From IMG/VR virus record IMGVR_UViG_3300035698_004752, positions 5,704 to 69,703 of that record: a stretch of 64,000 nucleotides of DNA; one strand, given 5' to 3'. Of the stretch, positions 30,764 to 41,601 are shown piece by piece (within the stretch, counting starts at the first letter, position 1; each line of letters opens with the position of its first letter). This stretch comes from a virus. The position numbers and the translations under genes were made by a program. Below the pieces are notes generated by a model. The model did no database searches. It had not been told where the DNA came from and was given only the letters and a program-made list of their open reading frames with translations.

Positions 30764-31179
30764 TGACATTATTTGTCCACGAAGTATTGACTAAGGTTAA
30801 TGCAAAAAGAAACAAACAAGACAAGATCGACCTTTTACAGTCAAATGAATCTTGGGTATTAAAAGACGTATTACGTGGTACCTATGACGAATCAGTTGTC
30901 TGGTCACTACCGAAAGGTAATGTACCTTATAATCCGTCAAAAGATTTTAATGCTCCGCTATTGCTTAGTAAAGAGCATAAGAATTTCCACTATTTCGCGG
31001 ACATCCCTAGAAATAAAGATATGAATCCGGTTAAAAGAGAGCATATGTTCTTGCGAATTCTTGAAGGAGTTCATCCGGACGATGCAACCCTATTGGTTAA
31101 TATGATTAATAAAAAGCCTTTTGATGGCGTAACCAAAAAAGTAGTAGAAGAGGCTTTCCCGGGTTTAATTTTAAGATAG
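30763..31179 (+). CDS. Conserved T4-like hypothetical protein
   Basis: WSLPKG-VPY...KREHMFLRILEGVHPDDA. Confidence 0.75.
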   Translation: MTLFVHEVLTKVNAKRNKQDKIDLLQSNESWVLKDVLRGTYDESVVWSLPKGNVPYNPSKDFNAPLLLSKEHKNFHYFADIPRNKDMNPVKREHMFLRILEGVHPDDATLLVNMINKKPFDGVTKKVVEEAFPGLILR

Positions 31180-31244
31180 GGGGTTTAAATTCTAAAAATA
31201 ACCCTTACTTATATACTATCAAAGAAACAAATAAAGGGTTAAAA

Positions 31245-31682
31245 ATGGCAAATCTCGATCTAATTTCAGACCTTCATAAAGATGTTTATGGCTATCGCCC
31301 ACGTGGTACTTTGGCAGAAGACATCAACCAATTACCTCAAAAAGCTTTTGAAATATATTTTCAGGATTTGGTCGATGAACTACAACTTGTTGTTGCTCGC
31401 GATCAGCGCCAAGAAGCTAAGGCTCTAAAAGATTATATGCAGCGTCTAGTAAGCATGATGCGTGATTATAAAATCACTATGCACCGCGCGCTAGTTTGGG
31501 ATGCAGATGGATTTGGATTTCCTGATGAAGCCGATGAAGGATTTGATCTTCAAGGATTTGAACATTATCTTTGGAAACAAGGAATTGCTTATAAAGAATG
31601 GCCAACTTTTGTTTCAGTAATGAAGCAGGAAATGGATGTAACAATCGAGGAATTGGATGCCAGAATACACAATGAAAAATAA
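31245..31682 (+). CDS. Hypothetical early protein
   Basis: SDLHKDVYGYRPR; follows promoter cassette. Confidence 0.7.
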   Translation: MANLDLISDLHKDVYGYRPRGTLAEDINQLPQKAFEIYFQDLVDELQLVVARDQRQEAKALKDYMQRLVSMMRDYKITMHRALVWDADGFGFPDEADEGFDLQGFEHYLWKQGIAYKEWPTFVSVMKQEMDVTIEELDARIHNEK

Positions 31683-31887
31683 GAAAACTGGGGAGGTCAA
31701 AAAAATGATCCTCTCCTTTTCTGAAAGGGATGAATTTCTTAAAGATAAGAATTGGTCCCAACCCCCTTCAACACCTTTAATAGTTTCCGGCGTAAAATCT
31801 GCAATGAGATTGTCAGATGATGGTTGGAAAGAAAATATGAGACGCATTAAAAAAAATGCAGGACCCGGTAATAAGATAGAACTTTAA
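31657..31887 (+). CDS. FmdB-like small protein
   Basis: MPEYTMKNKKTGEV...DGWKE-M-RIKK. Confidence 0.55.
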   Translation: MPEYTMKNKKTGEVKKMILSFSERDEFLKDKNWSQPPSTPLIVSGVKSAMRLSDDGWKENMRRIKKNAGPGNKIEL

Positions 31888-31926
31888 TATAAATACTCCT
31901 GATGATAGTTATCACAGGAGAATATT

Positions 31927-32379
31927 ATGTCATTCAAATTATCGAACAGGTCTCTAGGTAGACTTGAAGGAATTAACCCAAAACTACAAGTAGTTACTAA
32001 AAGAGCAATTGAGCTCACGAAAGTAGATTTCGGCGTTACGTGCGGTCTAAGAACATTGGCAGAGCAAAAAGCTCTTAAAGCAGCTGGTGCTACTCAGACA
32101 CTAAAATCAAAACATTTAGATGGTAATGCAGTTGATGTTGTTGCCTATATTGGATCCCGTATTAGCTGGGAGCTAAATCTGTATGATGATATTGCTGAAG
32201 CATTTAAAATGGCTGCCAAAGAAAATCATGTAAAACTCCGTTGGGGTGGCGCGTGGTCAGTACCAGACATTAGAGTCTGGAATAAATCTATGGAAGCAGC
32301 AATGAATTCTTACATAGATCTACGTAGAAGTGAAGGTCGAAAACCGTTTATTGATGGTCCTCATTTCGAATTGAATTAG
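31927..32379 (+). CDS. Endolysin, M15 family L-Ala-D-Glu peptidase
   Basis: GLRT..EQ..L, SKHLDGNAVD, RWGG-W, DGPHFEL. Confidence 0.92.
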   Translation: MSFKLSNRSLGRLEGINPKLQVVTKRAIELTKVDFGVTCGLRTLAEQKALKAAGATQTLKSKHLDGNAVDVVAYIGSRISWELNLYDDIAEAFKMAAKENHVKLRWGGAWSVPDIRVWNKSMEAAMNSYIDLRRSEGRKPFIDGPHFELN

Positions 32380-32590
32380 GGGGTTTACTTCTACACATAA
32401 ATTAGGTATAATTCATATAATAAAAGGGAATTTAGAGATGACAAAATATACTCGTCATGATGAACGCAACCCTAAAGAGGATCGACATAAAGCTCTTTCT
32501 CAGGATAAACCATTTCCTAAGATCAAGTTTGACTCCGATCACTCGTTAACAAAATATCCAATTGATACGGATATAAAAGAAGAGTAAAAT

Positions 32591-33184
32591 ATGAATCTAG
32601 ATAATGATAAAGTGATTTTAGTTGATTGTGATGGTGTGCTCCTTAACTGGGAGTATGCCTTCACTACATGGCTTCAACGCCATGGATATGAAAAAGCAGT
32701 AGACGATAAAGGTCTCTACTACAAAATTTCCGAGCAATTCGGGATATCTGATGATGAAGCAAATGCCTTAATCAAGACCTTTAATGAATCCAGTTCAATT
32801 GGATTTCTCCCACCCCTTAGAGATGCAATGTACTATGTGGATAAACTCCACAGAGAACATGGATATGTATTCCATGCACTTACAGCACTCTCAACAGAAC
32901 CTTCAGCTCAAGAACTTAGACGCCAGAACTTATATAAGTTGTTTGGTGAGTCTACTTTTGAGAAAATTGCTTTTGTTGGAACAGGTGCGGGAAAAACCGA
33001 AATACTTGAACCATACAGAAATAGTGGTTATCTCTGGGTTGAAGATCATGTTGGTAATGCGTTTGCAGGTCGAGCTATAGGTCTAGACTCGGTTCTTATG
33101 GAACACGGTTTTAATATGAACGATAAGAACTTTTTGCTCATGAAGAACTGGAAAGAAATTTATAATTATATTATAGGTGAATAA
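32591..33184 (+). CDS. HAD-family 5'(3')-nucleotidase-like protein (T4 30.2-like)
   Basis: VDCDGVL motif I, WVEDH motif IV. Confidence 0.8.
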   Translation: MNLDNDKVILVDCDGVLLNWEYAFTTWLQRHGYEKAVDDKGLYYKISEQFGISDDEANALIKTFNESSSIGFLPPLRDAMYYVDKLHREHGYVFHALTALSTEPSAQELRRQNLYKLFGESTFEKIAFVGTGAGKTEILEPYRNSGYLWVEDHVGNAFAGRAIGLDSVLMEHGFNMNDKNFLLMKNWKEIYNYIIGE

Positions 33185-33895
33185 AATGAGTACAAAGACT
33201 ATTTACCCCTCGTGTAAGACGTGTTACAATTGTTTTGAAGTGAAATCTAAAGATGGTTACGGCCGTCCTGAATCAATATTTGAGTGTAGAAAAAACGCAC
33301 CGGTCCTTGACAAAGACAGATATGCACGTTGGCCACATCTCGCGAGAATAGGAGCATTTAGCCCTGCGTCAGAGGCTTTTATAAATTTGTGGTGTGCTGA
33401 ATGGAAAGAAGGTAGATCTAATGTTTAAAGGTACACTTGAAGACAGAAAAGAAAAGGTGTTTGCTTTCCCAAAAATTATGATAATGCCTAGACCCGATAA
33501 CGGTAATCCTATGAGATATTTTTTAATGTTCTCAGAAGATCGAGGCGTACTTCTCTTAGATCATTTAAGATCGTTTAGCCCAGGATTAATGGAAGATATA
33601 CCAAAAAGATCGTGGTTAACTATGAAAGAAGTTGATCATCCAGTAACTATCACCTTCCAAAATACCGAATAAAAATTTTATAAATAGAGTAGTAATATGA
33701 AAACAGCTGAAGTATTAAATCTCAGATATGAATGGGAAGAAATCGTTCGAAAGAATTACGTTCTCCCAAAAACTCGTAAGCATGGAACCATAGAAAACCT
33801 AAAGCATTTCATAAAGCATGGAGCACAAAAAAATCGCTTCAGAAACAATTTTAAAAGAGCTATAGAATTAGCCGAAAAAATCGTAGGAGAGTCTA

Positions 33896-34195
33896 ATGGC
33901 CCACGCAAATCCGGAACTGGATTATGATCACTCTGGGGAAGTGAGTGAGGAAGAAATCTTGAAAGCAGAGATGATTAAAGAAATTGAGCTTCGAGAAGAA
34001 AAAGCCGAAGCGCATAAGAAATTAGCTTGGACGGCAATGTTTGCCATTCTTATTTTCACTGGTTTTATTATGTCTCCGATTATACCCGATTCTAGAGTAG
34101 AATTACTCTCCGACGTCTCTGCTATGTTCTTTGTCGCACAGGGTACAATAGTAACAGCTTACTTCGGATTTACCACTTGGATGTCTAAAAAATAA
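33896..34195 (+). CDS. Two-TM membrane protein (holin-like)
   Basis: DYDHSGEVSEEE EF-hand-like loop; two TM segments; AYFG..SKK. Confidence 0.5.
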   Translation: MAHANPELDYDHSGEVSEEEILKAEMIKEIELREEKAEAHKKLAWTAMFAILIFTGFIMSPIIPDSRVELLSDVSAMFFVAQGTIVTAYFGFTTWMSKK

Positions 34196-34210
34196 ACTGA
34201 AAGTTATATC

Positions 34211-34546
34211 ATGAAAGATGTTGATCAAATAATTAATGAGATGTATGAGGAGTATTTAAAAAGTGATCCTGATATTAAAGAAAAATTTAAGAACACTAAG
34301 AAAAAAGATCTTATTGAATTCCATCATCAATTAGGTAGACATATACGAAATAAATATAAATTGTGGGAATTGAAATGGGAACCAGAGATTGATAAACGTG
34401 GGGTAGATATGAGCCCATATCATCCTGACGAAGTTTCTATGACTATTATTGAAAAGGTGTGGGAAAAAGCACAAAACGAAGAACCCAAAAAACGGAACCC
34501 GCGATTTTTAGATCGCTATATAAGACTTTGGAAGCAATCAATATGA
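34211..34546 (+). CDS. Hypothetical protein
   Basis: HHQLGRHIRNKYKLW...HPDEVS. Confidence 0.65.
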   Translation: MKDVDQIINEMYEEYLKSDPDIKEKFKNTKKKDLIEFHHQLGRHIRNKYKLWELKWEPEIDKRGVDMSPYHPDEVSMTIIEKVWEKAQNEEPKKRNPRFLDRYIRLWKQSI

Positions 34547-35331
34547 AGAGATTAATTTATCAAGTATACGTTGGACCTAAAACCAAATTATATGATTTCT
34601 GCACACAATCTGTTGAAAAATATTGTAATAAACATAAAATAAAATACCATTGCCAAAAAGAACCAATCCTTAAAATTCGACCAAATATCTTCTCTTCAAA
34701 CAGAAGTCATAATGCCGTCGAACGACTTGGGTATCTCCCAATTTATGAAAAAGAAAATGCATTTGACTTCTTTGATGAATATGATCAAATCGCTATTATA
34801 GATTCGGACATTTACATCAAAGACGGAGCACCAAATATCTTTGATGATTTTGGTACTGAGCACGACTTCGGTGCAGTAGTTGAGAGAGAAATGCCTCTCA
34901 CGCCCGCGTATAGAAGTAAAATTATAAATTATTCCCATATGCAATATGGTATGTTCCATAAGAAACTCAATTTCAAATGGGATTCGTCTGGTGCAGAATT
35001 CATGAACATGGGCATGATGGTTATGAATAAAAGTATCACAAAATATTTACGGGGACAAAGCGCCGGTCAATTTCTAATGAGAAGTGAGTTTCAAGATTTT
35101 ATCGACGGTAAGGGAGGGTGGAAATGGTCAACGGATCAGACTCTTCTTAACTATTGGATTAAAAATGAACGAATGAATGTTAAACATATGGACTGGAAAT
35201 GGAATGGATTGTATACAGCAATCCCTGCAATGAGAACCAAAGAGTCCCATTTTGTCCATTTGTTCTTAAAAGATAAATTACCTGATAGAGGTGAAAATGT
35301 AGAATCAATAGTAGGTGATTTCTATGCTTAA
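34543..35331 (+). CDS. GT-A fold glycosyltransferase (GT8-like)
   Basis: IIDSDI, MNMGMMV, TDQTLLNY, KWN, FVH. Confidence 0.8.
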   Translation: MKRLIYQVYVGPKTKLYDFCTQSVEKYCNKHKIKYHCQKEPILKIRPNIFSSNRSHNAVERLGYLPIYEKENAFDFFDEYDQIAIIDSDIYIKDGAPNIFDDFGTEHDFGAVVEREMPLTPAYRSKIINYSHMQYGMFHKKLNFKWDSSGAEFMNMGMMVMNKSITKYLRGQSAGQFLMRSEFQDFIDGKGGWKWSTDQTLLNYWIKNERMNVKHMDWKWNGLYTAIPAMRTKESHFVHLFLKDKLPDRGENVESIVGDFYA

Positions 35332-35490
35332 GTGTGATGATTGCGGCAAATTTGTTTCATTTAAAGATCTCTTCGAAGAGATGGCTCTAAGATCACTTCT
35401 AACGCCGGATTCACATTTTACTGAAGAAACGTATGAAACCCTTTGTAAGCGGTGCTATACGCCACCCAAGGAGCTTAAAGAAGGTGTCTA

Positions 35491-36330
35491 ATGAGTAAAA
35501 ATGTAATATATCAATATTGGTACGGATCTGCACCAAACGACGCAGTTAAAGCAGGTCAGAAGAACATGAAAAAATACGCTGAATATATTGGTGCAGAGTA
35601 CATGTTTGAAACGGATCCCCCTTTTCATGGTGGCACATGTTCTCTCAAGAAGAAGTATAATGCGCTTCGACCTGTATACGATGACATATTTCTAGACTAC
35701 GATAATGTGTTGTTCGCGGATCTGGATGTTTTTACTGTCGATGGAATCACCGAAAATATCTTTGAAGAAGATATCAAACATATTGGTATTTGTCAAGAGC
35801 CGTTACAACCCCATTTGAGAAGTCTCCCGCGCGTAAGTAATAACAGTTTGATCTCATTACATAATGACAATATCTGGGCCAAAGCGGTAAAAGATAGATA
35901 TAATATTGAAGTCAATCGGGACAGCGAAAATAGACCGTTAGTCTATAATTCTGGTGTGGTAGTTTTTACAAACGAGGGACTAATTAAAGCTAGAAGTAAC
36001 TTCGTCCAGTTTGAAGATCATATTAATCATTTGAAATCCGTCGGCCTACATAGTTTTTACTTATCGGATCAAACGTATTACCAGACCATGCTTTATGCAT
36101 CTGGTGTAGATTTTAAAATTTTAGACTATAAATGGAATTCTCAATTACATTGGATTAGAGGCGACACACTAAAGGTCGGCGACGGTAGAACTTTAGATAC
36201 TAATTTTGTTCATGTTCAGATCTCAGGCGCAGATAATTGGGGTGAAGAGGAACACTATAGAATGGTAAACTTCCCAAAATTCCTCTGGAATATACCCACA
36301 GAATTTGACTTAGGAGATTATAATGTTTAG
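35491..36330 (+). CDS. GT-A fold glycosyltransferase
   Basis: FADLDV, YNSGVVV, SDQ, KWN, FVH. Confidence 0.8.
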   Translation: MSKNVIYQYWYGSAPNDAVKAGQKNMKKYAEYIGAEYMFETDPPFHGGTCSLKKKYNALRPVYDDIFLDYDNVLFADLDVFTVDGITENIFEEDIKHIGICQEPLQPHLRSLPRVSNNSLISLHNDNIWAKAVKDRYNIEVNRDSENRPLVYNSGVVVFTNEGLIKARSNFVQFEDHINHLKSVGLHSFYLSDQTYYQTMLYASGVDFKILDYKWNSQLHWIRGDTLKVGDGRTLDTNFVHVQISGADNWGEEEHYRMVNFPKFLWNIPTEFDLGDYNV

Positions 36331-36907
36331 TATGCCACCAAAAGAGACGTTTCTAAAACAGGATGCTGCATATGACCATCAAAGGGGTTTATATACAGAG
36401 GCCATAAAACATTGCACACAATTTAGAATTGCCATTGATGTGGGAGCTCACATAGGTTTCTTTTCATCAAAAATGGTGAAGGATTTTAAAGAGGTAGCTG
36501 CATTCGAACCTATGTTCTCTAAGTACTTGAAAGAAAATGTTCCTGAAGATAATCTAACAATATTCCCAATAGGTCTTTCTAGTCATGAGGCAACCTATGC
36601 TTTTAATATTAGAGAACATCACACAGGAATGTCTAAAATAGATAAAAACGGTAAGGATAAAATTGCTTGTATAGATCTAGATTCGATGGGCTTTACTGGT
36701 GTCGATCTAATTAAAATTGATGTAGAATCCCATGAATATTTTGTTATTGAGGGAATGAGAAATTTTCTGAAAACTAACAGCCCCGTTATTATTATCGAAT
36801 TAAATGATGTAACACATCGCGCGAATATAATACAGACTCTTAGGTCCCACGGGTACGTCAAGGTTTTAACAGTCGATACAGACTATATCTTTAAGAAAGG
36901 AAAATAG
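36323..36907 (+). CDS. FkbM-family methyltransferase
   Basis: IDVGAHIG, AFEP, DLIKIDVESHE, PVIIIE. Confidence 0.9.
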   Translation: MFSMPPKETFLKQDAAYDHQRGLYTEAIKHCTQFRIAIDVGAHIGFFSSKMVKDFKEVAAFEPMFSKYLKENVPEDNLTIFPIGLSSHEATYAFNIREHHTGMSKIDKNGKDKIACIDLDSMGFTGVDLIKIDVESHEYFVIEGMRNFLKTNSPVIIIELNDVTHRANIIQTLRSHGYVKVLTVDTDYIFKKGK

Positions 36908-36908
36908 T

Positions 36909-37256
36909 ATGGCCTTTAAAGAATTAAATTCAATCGAAAGAAAAAAACAAACTGAAGAAGAAAACGAAATCTATTTAGAGGAATACGGCAACAGTAAAAA
37001 GATAGGCAGTCATTTCCGCCATACATTTACTATATGCGACATTCATCGAAAATTGTATAAAATGATGGTTGACGACGTAAACCAATTGTCGAAGCCAGAA
37101 GTCCAGGAAGAAGTCAAATATATGCTTCAGAGAGCTTTTGTAATCGCAAAGAAAACTGACGCTAAGCTGAGACAATATAAGCACAACTATGACGATGAAT
37201 GGTACGCGCAAGAAAAAGGTCGTCATGCTGAATGGTTAAAGGAGTTAGATAAGTAA
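36909..37256 (+). CDS. Hypothetical protein
   Basis: ORF in operon. Confidence 0.65.
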   Translation: MAFKELNSIERKKQTEEENEIYLEEYGNSKKIGSHFRHTFTICDIHRKLYKMMVDDVNQLSKPEVQEEVKYMLQRAFVIAKKTDAKLRQYKHNYDDEWYAQEKGRHAEWLKELDK

Positions 37257-37262
37257 TTATTC

Positions 37263-37916
37263 ATGAATCTTATTCTACAACATTTTAACGGCGAATTGAG
37301 ACCCCTAGATAAATTGTCTATTGAGAACATGAAGCAGTATGCAGATAAAATTGGTGCTGAACATAAACTAATAACGGGAAAACCATTCTCAGATAGATTG
37401 ACAAACGCATGTCAAAAGGTACATTGCATATCTGAAGATTATGACGAATATGATAATGTACTGATGGTTGACCCAGACATTTTCGCGGTAAAGGGTCTAA
37501 CACAAAATGTGTTTGATAGACCCGGAAATGGCACACATTTTACCACACAAATTAGACTTAAAGAAAGACTAATTAGTTGGGGAAGAATTACAAACTCAAC
37601 ACCATATTGGGCTGGGTCGTTCTATAAGTTTAGTCGCGAAGAGAGAAAGAAATTAAGGGATGAAACGTCCGTCTTCGATAACTGGGAAATCTTCAACGAA
37701 GCATACAAATACGAGGATGAAGGAATACTTTCGGTGTTGGCGATGAGAGCTAAATTACCGATAAATTATATAGAACTTGAATGGAACTGGGACAGTTTCC
37801 TAGTCGACCCAATGTACGCCAAATTTATTCACATTAGAACAAAAATTAGTCCTAACGGTCCTAAAGTTACTAAAATGGAAAATTATCAGAAATTGGTTAA
37901 TAGAGGTATAATCTAG
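37263..37916 (+). CDS. GT-A fold glycosyltransferase
   Basis: MVDPDI, EDEG, WN, FIHIR. Confidence 0.7.
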   Translation: MNLILQHFNGELRPLDKLSIENMKQYADKIGAEHKLITGKPFSDRLTNACQKVHCISEDYDEYDNVLMVDPDIFAVKGLTQNVFDRPGNGTHFTTQIRLKERLISWGRITNSTPYWAGSFYKFSREERKKLRDETSVFDNWEIFNEAYKYEDEGILSVLAMRAKLPINYIELEWNWDSFLVDPMYAKFIHIRTKISPNGPKVTKMENYQKLVNRGII

Positions 37917-38644
37917 TGAGTCATAATATCATCCTACAACACTATGATGGATTCCAACCGGTCTGGGCACTTGCTGCAGAAAAGACTGTTCGTAACTATG
38001 CATCAGAGGTTGGTGCTATTTACGAATTTGTTCAGGGTTTACCGTGTGGTAAAGAAGCCGGACCATATGCACAGAAATTGCATATGCTGGACGAAAAGTT
38101 TGACGAATTCGACCAAGTCTTGATGTTAGATATGGATGTCATTGCAACTAACGTATACGACAACATATTTGATATCCCTCAGATTGGTGTATTACATTCG
38201 AGAGCTATGAAAAATCCCGAGAGCGTAAATCAAGGTGATGACTGGAAGATTAATCCACTATACAAACAGGGTAAACCCCTTTTCTTTGGTAGCGTCATAA
38301 AACTCGACAGAGATATGAGAATCAAGATGAGGAAACATCTAGATTGGGATTATTTTAATTATGTCGTGAAAAATCAATATGGTTCAGACGAATTGATCAT
38401 GCATTATTGCCTTCATAAATCCGGCGTGTTAGAAGACAAATCCTTTTATGAAATGTGCATGAGAAGAGATGGGCCAGATCTAGATAATATACGCGTTAGA
38501 GATTATGATAGATATGATAAAAGGTTCGCTAATCAGCCTGAAGATTCAGATCTCAACGCCTCTCTGATTCACTTCTGTGCTGCTAGAAAACGGATGATAC
38601 TTCCAACTGTTAAAAAAATATTCGGGGACAGATTTAATGACTAA
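37916..38644 (+). CDS. GT-A fold glycosyltransferase (paralog of upstream gene)
   Basis: NIILQH start, MLDMDV, SDE, LIHF. Confidence 0.7.
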   Translation: MSHNIILQHYDGFQPVWALAAEKTVRNYASEVGAIYEFVQGLPCGKEAGPYAQKLHMLDEKFDEFDQVLMLDMDVIATNVYDNIFDIPQIGVLHSRAMKNPESVNQGDDWKINPLYKQGKPLFFGSVIKLDRDMRIKMRKHLDWDYFNYVVKNQYGSDELIMHYCLHKSGVLEDKSFYEMCMRRDGPDLDNIRVRDYDRYDKRFANQPEDSDLNASLIHFCAARKRMILPTVKKIFGDRFND

Positions 38645-39584
38645 AATTCTTATTACAGGCATCGCGGGTATGATTGGTTTTCATACTGCTATAAAACTGA
38701 CTAAGGAAGGATATGAAGTAATAGGCATAGATAATTACAATGACTATTATGACGTCAAACTTAAAAGAGATAGACGAGATATTCTTAATGCTCTGGGTAT
38801 TAAAACGTACGAATCGGATGTAAGATTTAGGTCATGGCAAGTGCTACTCGAAGATGTTGACGTGGTATTACATCTAGCAGCCTACGCGGGAGTAAGACAT
38901 TCCCTAGATGAACCATATCCCTATATCGACAACAATATTACAGGAACACAAACACTAATCGGGGCTATTGAAGCTGCAGGAATTAATAAGGTTCTATATG
39001 CGTCGACCTCGTGCGTCATGCATGGTAATGAATTACCCTGGAAAGAATCCGTACCATTAATGCATCCAAATAATCCATACGGTTGGTCCAAAATGGTTAA
39101 TGAGTGTCAGTTTAAGCATTCTAAGATTGATAGAAGTATTGGTCTCCGTTTCTTCACCGTATACGGTCCATACGGCCGTCCTGACATGGCGTTGTTTAGT
39201 TTTTGTGATGCAATAGTAAAAGGTGAACCAATAGACCTATATAACTATGGCAATATGAAGCGGGATTTCACATACGTGGACGACATTGTCCAGGGCATAG
39301 AAATTCTCATTGAGAAGATTGTTAATGACGAAAATAGCTATAGTGATATATTTAATATTGGATATGGGGAAAGCGTAAATCTTTCAGATTTCGTAGATGA
39401 AATAGAAAAACAATTTGGTCGTCCTGTAAAGAGAAATCTGGTCCCGATGCATCCTGCAGATTCTCCGGCAACATGGTCAGACACGACTAAACTTCAAAAT
39501 CTTGGATATAAACCAACCACCCCTGTATCCGAAGGTGTTTCAAAATTTGTCCAGTGGTATAAATCTTATTATAAAGTGAATTAA
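38637..39584 (+). CDS. NAD-dependent sugar epimerase (UDP-glucuronate 4-epimerase-like)
   Basis: TGIAGMIG, HLAAYAGVRHS, YGWSK, LRFFTVYGPYGRPDMA, RDFTYVDD. Confidence 0.92.
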   Translation: MTKILITGIAGMIGFHTAIKLTKEGYEVIGIDNYNDYYDVKLKRDRRDILNALGIKTYESDVRFRSWQVLLEDVDVVLHLAAYAGVRHSLDEPYPYIDNNITGTQTLIGAIEAAGINKVLYASTSCVMHGNELPWKESVPLMHPNNPYGWSKMVNECQFKHSKIDRSIGLRFFTVYGPYGRPDMALFSFCDAIVKGEPIDLYNYGNMKRDFTYVDDIVQGIEILIEKIVNDENSYSDIFNIGYGESVNLSDFVDEIEKQFGRPVKRNLVPMHPADSPATWSDTTKLQNLGYKPTTPVSEGVSKFVQWYKSYYKVN

Positions 39585-39587
39585 AGA

Positions 39588-40298
39588 ATGAAGGCTTACG
39601 CAATAACATTAACAAAAAATCTACTTTCTGTAAGAGGAACTGATAATTTAATAAATTCATCAAAAGCCTTTGGAAATGATTTTGATGTTGAGGTATTTCA
39701 TGCAACCACTGATGGTGGTCCAGCCACACTCGCATTTGAAATGGGTGAATGGGGTTTCAAATGGAACTATCCGTGGGATGAGGTAAAGATTGATATTCAA
39801 TCAGGTTTAGTAAAAAGACCATATAAAACCAAAAACCCCGGGTCTAGAATAGCATGCGCACTAAGTCATTATCGTCTATGGAATGCTTCGGTTCAAATGA
39901 ATGAAACAATTCTAGTATTAGAGCACGATGCTATTTTTATTAGAAAATTCACAAATGAATCTATATCTGAATTTGAAAATTCGGATTTTGGTATTATGGG
40001 AATTAATAATCCCATTGGCGCGACCAGAAAAGCATCACAACTGGATGCAATGATACAACACGACAAAAGATCAATTCAACCAATCCCCGTATTAGATCAA
40101 TATACAACTCCCCAGGGATTAGCTGGAAATTCTGCATATATAATTAAACCGTGGGCAGCTAAGAAACTTGTGGATGGGGTTAAAGAATACGGACTTTGGC
40201 CAAATGACGCATTTATGTGTAAACAGTTATTTCCTTTTCTTGGATTATCTAGAACTTATTATACAAAGGTGCAAGGTCTTCCTTCCACCACTACGTAG
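39588..40298 (+). CDS. GT25-like glycosyltransferase
   Basis: ACALSHYRLW, ILVLEHDA, GNSAYII-P-AAKKL. Confidence 0.85.
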   Translation: MKAYAITLTKNLLSVRGTDNLINSSKAFGNDFDVEVFHATTDGGPATLAFEMGEWGFKWNYPWDEVKIDIQSGLVKRPYKTKNPGSRIACALSHYRLWNASVQMNETILVLEHDAIFIRKFTNESISEFENSDFGIMGINNPIGATRKASQLDAMIQHDKRSIQPIPVLDQYTTPQGLAGNSAYIIKPWAAKKLVDGVKEYGLWPNDAFMCKQLFPFLGLSRTYYTKVQGLPSTTT

Positions 40299-40307
40299 GA
40301 GAATACT

Positions 40308-40952
40308 ATGAAAGCATACGTGATTACAATTAAGGGCAATAAAAAGTCTGAAGAAGCTGCGGCTCGATGCATTGCATCCGGTAAGAAATATGGTGTCAAA
40401 GTAGACACATTCTATGCGATCACCCCCGAAGACAATATACAGGATATGGCGAAGAAAGCAGGAATAGAAAGTCTTGCAAGATTCAATGAGGTGTATTCAA
40501 GATCAGATAGGTGTCTCGCGGCATTTCTCTCACATTTCACTTTATGGATGTTAAGTGTTTCAACAAAAGAAGAACTCGTAATTCTTGAGCACGACGCTGT
40601 GTTTGTTGATTATCTAACAAGATTCGAATACACCGCTTGTGTTAATCTTGGTCGCCCTTCATACGGGAAATGGAACGTACCTAAATTATTGGGTATTAAC
40701 CCTCTCACGTCAAAAAGATATTTCCCTGGTGCTCATGCATATATGGTAAAACCTGTCGGCGCTGCAGCCCTTTTAGAAAGATCTAAACTGTTCGCTGGAC
40801 CAACAGACGTATTCTTAAACATGGAGAATTTCGATTGGCTTCAAGAATATTATCCTTGGCCAATAGAATGTAAGGATTCCTTCACCACAATTCAAAGCGA
40901 AAGAGGTTGCCTGGCGAAACATAATTATAGTGAAGGATACGAAATTGTATGA
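40308..40952 (+). CDS. GT25-like glycosyltransferase
   Basis: AFLSHFTLW, VILEHDA, GAHAYMVKP-GA. Confidence 0.85.
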   Translation: MKAYVITIKGNKKSEEAAARCIASGKKYGVKVDTFYAITPEDNIQDMAKKAGIESLARFNEVYSRSDRCLAAFLSHFTLWMLSVSTKEELVILEHDAVFVDYLTRFEYTACVNLGRPSYGKWNVPKLLGINPLTSKRYFPGAHAYMVKPVGAAALLERSKLFAGPTDVFLNMENFDWLQEYYPWPIECKDSFTTIQSERGCLAKHNYSEGYEIV

Positions 40953-41601
40953 TAAAGTATTCGTAACTGGGTGTGATCAACATACCGAGTGGATGCTTCC
41001 ATGGTTTCTAAGAAATTATTGGGAGCACAATAAAATTCCATTAGTTGTCATGAATTTTGGGATGAGTAATAATATGCTTATGTGGCTTAATATGCGTCCT
41101 GAAGTTGATAAGGTTATGAGTGCAGAAGCAGTGTTATATACAAGTTGGTATCAAAAACCACAGGCACTATTAAGTGTAAAGGCTAAGCAAAAATTTTGGA
41201 TTGATACTGATTGTGAAGTTCTAGATGACATTTCTGATGTCTTTAAATACATCAAACCAGAAAAAATATGTCTTTCTATAGATCAACCTTGGACTTTAAG
41301 GAGAGGAGACACCTGGTATAATAGTGGTGTCTTTGGAGTAGAAGGTGATCCGAAAATTCTTAAAGCATGGGCTTTGAATTGCAGACAAAAATATAGAAAT
41401 CAACATTTACATGGGGACCAAGATATACTCCACGATATGTTGAAAACGCCGATTGATTCTCTCATAAATATAGAGGAACTACCGAACGAATATAACACAC
41501 TTCGTCTTCAAATTCAAGATGGAACCACAGGCAAAATAAAAATAATGCACTGGACAGGTGTTAAAGGTAAAGATCACATTAGAAGGGTTATGAATGACTA
41601 A
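40930..41601 (+). CDS. GT-A fold glycosyltransferase (GT8-like)
   Basis: WYQKP, WIDTDC, YNSGV, GDQDIL, HWTG; start uncertain. Confidence 0.8.
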   Translation: MKDTKLYDKVFVTGCDQHTEWMLPWFLRNYWEHNKIPLVVMNFGMSNNMLMWLNMRPEVDKVMSAEAVLYTSWYQKPQALLSVKAKQKFWIDTDCEVLDDISDVFKYIKPEKICLSIDQPWTLRRGDTWYNSGVFGVEGDPKILKAWALNCRQKYRNQHLHGDQDILHDMLKTPIDSLINIEELPNEYNTLRLQIQDGTTGKIKIMHWTGVKGKDHIRRVMND

